Positions 60,397 through 64,000 of a DNA stretch of 64,000 bases are shown here, piece by piece (position 1 is the first letter of the stretch; each line of letters starts with the position of its first letter). The notes below the pieces were generated by a model. It was not told the DNA's origin, did no database searches, and saw nothing but the letters and a program-made list of their open reading frames with translations. The stretch is from Promethearchaeota archaeon. Its GTDB lineage: Archaea; Asgardarchaeota; Lokiarchaeia; Sigyniarchaeales; SOKP01. A program made the translations under genes and the position numbers. The stretch is taken from assembly GCA_008080735.1 (NCBI GenBank), contig SHMW01000001.1, forward strand, positions 1 through 64,000. Direction: 5' to 3'.

Positions 60397-60481
60397 GTAA
60401 TGTGAAAAAATTATAATAGGGTATTTTATCTTATTGTATTCATAGATTAATTCAATCGTTATTTACTATCAATAATATTTA

Positions 60482-61114
60482 GTGGTGATAAGCTTGCCTA
60501 TTATAACCCATGAAGATGAACTTGACCTTGCACGGCTTGAAGATGAGCTTGTGGATAAACTTGAATACCATGCGAAAGAGCAGAGTAAGGTGATAAAAGC
60601 ACAAAAAAAGCTAGCTGAGAGAATTACTGATATGAATATCTCTCGAAAAGCTTTGAACAGAACGATGAGAGATGTCTTTAAACAAATGCAAATGTTAGCA
60701 CGCGAACATAGATCCAACGTAAAGGAAGAAGATGTAAATTTAATGGAGGAACTCATCCGACAAAACGATAAATATATAGAAGCGAATGATAAATATTTAA
60801 ATGCCATGAAAGATCTGGCTGTGCGTAAAGATTATCTCGTCGAAAAGAAAATGGAATTCGCAGAAGCTTTAGAGGAAGTCGCTGAGAAAAGAGAAGTTGT
60901 AATAAAGAAAGCACTTGACGTTGAGAAGGCCAAAAATAAGATGATCGAAGGAGATAAATTAAATCGTCTTGATCAAGAACTTAACGATATCCAACGAGAA
61001 TTTGACAGAGCTCGGGATATCTTGCTCAAAAAGATTGAGCAGTTTTTAGATGTTCGCAAAGAAATAAATGAACTGTGGCTCAAATTAGAACAAAGTACAA
61101 CTGAATTAAGTTAG
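60482..61114 (+). CDS. All-helical coiled-coil protein, BAR-domain-like
   Basis: ~210 aa of long amphipathic helices; DKLNRLDQELNDIQREFDRARDILLKKIEQF. Confidence 0.6.
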   Translation: MVISLPIITHEDELDLARLEDELVDKLEYHAKEQSKVIKAQKKLAERITDMNISRKALNRTMRDVFKQMQMLAREHRSNVKEEDVNLMEELIRQNDKYIEANDKYLNAMKDLAVRKDYLVEKKMEFAEALEEVAEKREVVIKKALDVEKAKNKMIEGDKLNRLDQELNDIQREFDRARDILLKKIEQFLDVRKEINELWLKLEQSTTELS

Positions 61115-61296
61115 GATTTAATAACATTTTTTTTCACTTTTTTTCTTAGTATAAAATTGGGATCTGATATTTCTATGTCTTAGAACGCTATAGAAAAATT
61201 AGCTCAAACTTAATAAATCTAAAATAATATGTTATATAGTGAATTTGATAGAAATTTTATCAGAAATTATAACGAAAAAGAGAAAAAGGAGTAAAA

Positions 61297-61809
61297 ATGG
61301 CAGAGGAATTTAGTAGTTTTCTTGCATCAGCGAAAAAAGAGCCTATAGAGGAAAAGGTTAACCAATTCGGCGAGATTGTAGAGAAGATCATGAGTATTGT
61401 ACTCCGTATCCCGGATTTAGTCGATCAATCCATCGCAACCATCAATCAAAAAATTTCAGGCTTAGAATCAAAAGTTAATAACATGAATAGCGAAATTTCG
61501 TCCTTAAAAAGTCAAGTGAGTTCAGGTGCTACAGCTTCTGGAGGGTCTAGTTCTGGCTCAGCACCCGGAGGCCCAACTGGGAAAGCACCCGGAGGCCCAC
61601 CGCCAGGGCCATCAAAACCATCGGGTGGCGCACCTGGAGGACCGCCTGGAGGACCACCTGGAGGACCACCACCTGGACCAGGAGGCGGAGCGCCTGGAGG
61701 ACCACCTGGAGGGCCAGGAGGCGGATCGAAGCCCGCAAACCCGGTATCTCTTAGAGGCGCGATTATGGGCGAACTAAAAGAACTCTTTGCAAAGAAAAAC
61801 CGAAAATAG
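61297..61809 (+). CDS. Coiled-coil + Gly/Pro-rich (PPGG) linker + C-terminal WH2-like helix
   Basis: AGGAG SD motif, GGPPGGPPGGPPPG repeats, C-terminal LRGAIMGELKELFAKK. Confidence 0.75.
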   Translation: MAEEFSSFLASAKKEPIEEKVNQFGEIVEKIMSIVLRIPDLVDQSIATINQKISGLESKVNNMNSEISSLKSQVSSGATASGGSSSGSAPGGPTGKAPGGPPPGPSKPSGGAPGGPPGGPPGGPPPGPGGGAPGGPPGGPGGGSKPANPVSLRGAIMGELKELFAKKNRK

Positions 61810-62026
61810 TTCAGTAGCGCCCCAATTTTTTCCTTATCTTATTTTAGCTCACAGATTTCTTATATATAGGTGCATTTGTCTTTCTGGGGAAGAAATACTT
61901 TTAAGAGTATGAGTTCTAAAATTAATTTTTAATTTCTACTTCAATTACCTACCCCATCCACTTATATCAAGATTTAAAAACGAAAATACTTATAATCTAT
62001 CATACGGGACAAAATGAGGGACATTT

Positions 62027-63772
62027 GTGAGAAGTCTTAGACCGCTCTTCGAGACCGATAAAAAAGTGAAGGTATCTCATGATTTTAAGCGACAAATCTT
62101 AGAGGTACTTTCCTTAGCTCGCGTTATCAATAATTATTACTATAAGAAAAAAAAGGTACAGGAGCAGATCAGACCGCAAATTCTACGACAATTTAGGGAA
62201 GAGCTGAGTACGATTAAACAAAATCAAGATTGGTTATTCGCGATTCCTTCGGTCTTAGAAAAGATCAGCGAAGATTTTATTAGTAAAAACGACTCCTTCC
62301 GCTTTCCAGATAGTATCATCCTCTTTGAAGTTTGGATGAATTTGGGAATTACAAGTTTGTATCCTCAAGTTGCTTTACACTTTAAATTTCCAGGATTCTT
62401 AAAAGGAGAACAAACACGCCATATCTTTCAATTTATCTTTTCTACTTCTCGGGGCTTAGCTTTTCCTATACAATTTCCGCCAGAATTCTATTCCTATTCA
62501 CCCAAGTTCCTTAAATACTTAAATCCTCTCTTTAAATGGATCTATAAGATATGCCATGTTCTCAATATTGCAATTTTTAAATTAGAAAAACGGTTTCATT
62601 CAAAACGGCATCACCCTGGAGATTTTGAATCCGTCATCATCTCAAAGTACAATAATAATTTCTATAGAGCTGTGAACACGCTTTTTCATGGGTATTTTAC
62701 AGATGCACCGAAAACGCTTGGTCAATATTCATCTTTTCAGGAAATTTTAGAGGATACTATGTTTTGTTATCGAATCGGTGATCATGCCATTGAAGTGAAG
62801 AAAGATGAACCACACTATCAAACTCTCGATGTACCTTTAATTAATCAAGATTTAATCAAAAAACGTTATGAAGTCGATTTTTATGGTTATATTAAGAAAC
62901 TTATGGCGGTTAACAGATTATTAACAAAAAAAATCGAATATTACCGCAAAAAACGTAAGAAACTCATAAAAAATCTGCCCTTGGTGGATCAAATTAAATT
63001 CTGGCTCCAGATTTCGAAAAAACTCTCTCTTCCGGGGCAGCACCTCCCGCCTAATTATGCGGAAATAGAAAAATACCATAAGCACAAACATCTTATCGAA
63101 AAATTACGGAAATTGTTATGGTTGACTCCCCTCTTTACGCACACAATCCATGATGCATCAAGAGTGAAAGAATCTTTCAAATTTTCTAAAAAAGCGGAGC
63201 AATTGGATGGGTACGACTATAACATAGAATCCTCAAAACCTATCTTTTTTACCTTCATCTCTACCTATGAAAAAGATGAAGAATTTGAGTTTGCGGATAC
63301 GGAAGTACTCACTTCATTAGAAGATCTCCGTGACACAATGGCAAAAATGTGGCTTTATTTTAAAGAGCGCCATTTCAAATATGCTTTAAAAAAATTAAAT
63401 GATGTGGCGCGGCTTTCTACCGAAAATAAGGAAAACAAGGCGAAAATAGAGACGGACATTAAAAAACTAATCCCAATTATTGCGATTTATGAAATTTTTA
63501 ACAGACCCCTATCCGAATCCGTATATCCCGAGTCCATTCCTCAAACTAAGCGTTTTAAAGCATATTTAGCAAAATTTTTAACCTCTCGCTATAATATACT
63601 CGGATTAAATCTCATTAAATTCTTTAATAAGTTAGCCTATAGAAATTGGGCATATCTTATAACACAGAAAGAGATGAATCTCCATCAATTCTTTCGTTTT
63701 ATCTTTAGTTTGGACATTTGGAAACATATCCCTAGAAATATAAAAGAATATTTGACACAGAACTCTGTCTAA
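62027..63772 (+). CDS. Hypothetical protein, 581 aa
   Basis: Long ORF with GAGG SD motif; no recognisable motif. Confidence 0.7.
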   Translation: MRSLRPLFETDKKVKVSHDFKRQILEVLSLARVINNYYYKKKKVQEQIRPQILRQFREELSTIKQNQDWLFAIPSVLEKISEDFISKNDSFRFPDSIILFEVWMNLGITSLYPQVALHFKFPGFLKGEQTRHIFQFIFSTSRGLAFPIQFPPEFYSYSPKFLKYLNPLFKWIYKICHVLNIAIFKLEKRFHSKRHHPGDFESVIISKYNNNFYRAVNTLFHGYFTDAPKTLGQYSSFQEILEDTMFCYRIGDHAIEVKKDEPHYQTLDVPLINQDLIKKRYEVDFYGYIKKLMAVNRLLTKKIEYYRKKRKKLIKNLPLVDQIKFWLQISKKLSLPGQHLPPNYAEIEKYHKHKHLIEKLRKLLWLTPLFTHTIHDASRVKESFKFSKKAEQLDGYDYNIESSKPIFFTFISTYEKDEEFEFADTEVLTSLEDLRDTMAKMWLYFKERHFKYALKKLNDVARLSTENKENKAKIETDIKKLIPIIAIYEIFNRPLSESVYPESIPQTKRFKAYLAKFLTSRYNILGLNLIKFFNKLAYRNWAYLITQKEMNLHQFFRFIFSLDIWKHIPRNIKEYLTQNSV

Positions 63773-64000
63773 GGGAAACCAACCTTAAGAATAAAAACTT
63801 TTTGTAACAAAACCTCTAGATTTTACTGAGGACGTCTCAAGACGACGATAAAACCTTAATATTGTTGGAAATGTTTAGTGGGGAAATCTAAATCTTTAGA
63901 TAATATTTAAATTATTAGGGATATGCATTTTTCATTATGAGAAGAAAAGACTTAGAAACATGGAGATCTCGAAAATTTTGGCTCTTCTCACGATAATATA

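Noticed and set aside
61560-61725. CCTGGAGGACCA-like repeats as a CRISPR array
   Set aside because: They are codon-phase Pro/Gly repeats inside a CDS, with no spacers or cas genes.
63960-64000. Possible gene start MEISKILALLTII at the window edge
   Set aside because: Too short to support.

Overview
Low-GC archaeal window, most likely Asgard (Lokiarchaeia-like). Support: 23S rRNA 3' end with a ~200-nt ES39 expansion, gelsolin-, longin-, roadblock-, Rab- and BAR-like genes, PolD, CarS and fused RpoB. Content is mostly housekeeping: rpoH/rpoB, tfe, pan, mbf1, nac, cbf5, DP1/DP2, cdc6, nrdD, rtcB/archease, pelota, four tRNAs (three with BHB-type introns), two inteins and a decayed IS200/IS605 tnpB element. 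Top finding: a Rab-like GTPase gene (13255-14979) is interrupted inside its IGVDF switch-I motif by a 30-nt stop-containing insert that folds into a bulge-helix-bulge. Cutting at the canonical BHB positions exactly restores TIGVDFHVK. This points to a tRNA-type (EndA/RtcB) mRNA intron controlling a eukaryote-signature GTPase. Also notable: an unannotated 52-aa WH2/thymosin-like ORF, a BAR-like plus polyproline/WH2-like gene pair, and probable ATT start codons. All product calls come from motif recognition by eye, not from database searches.
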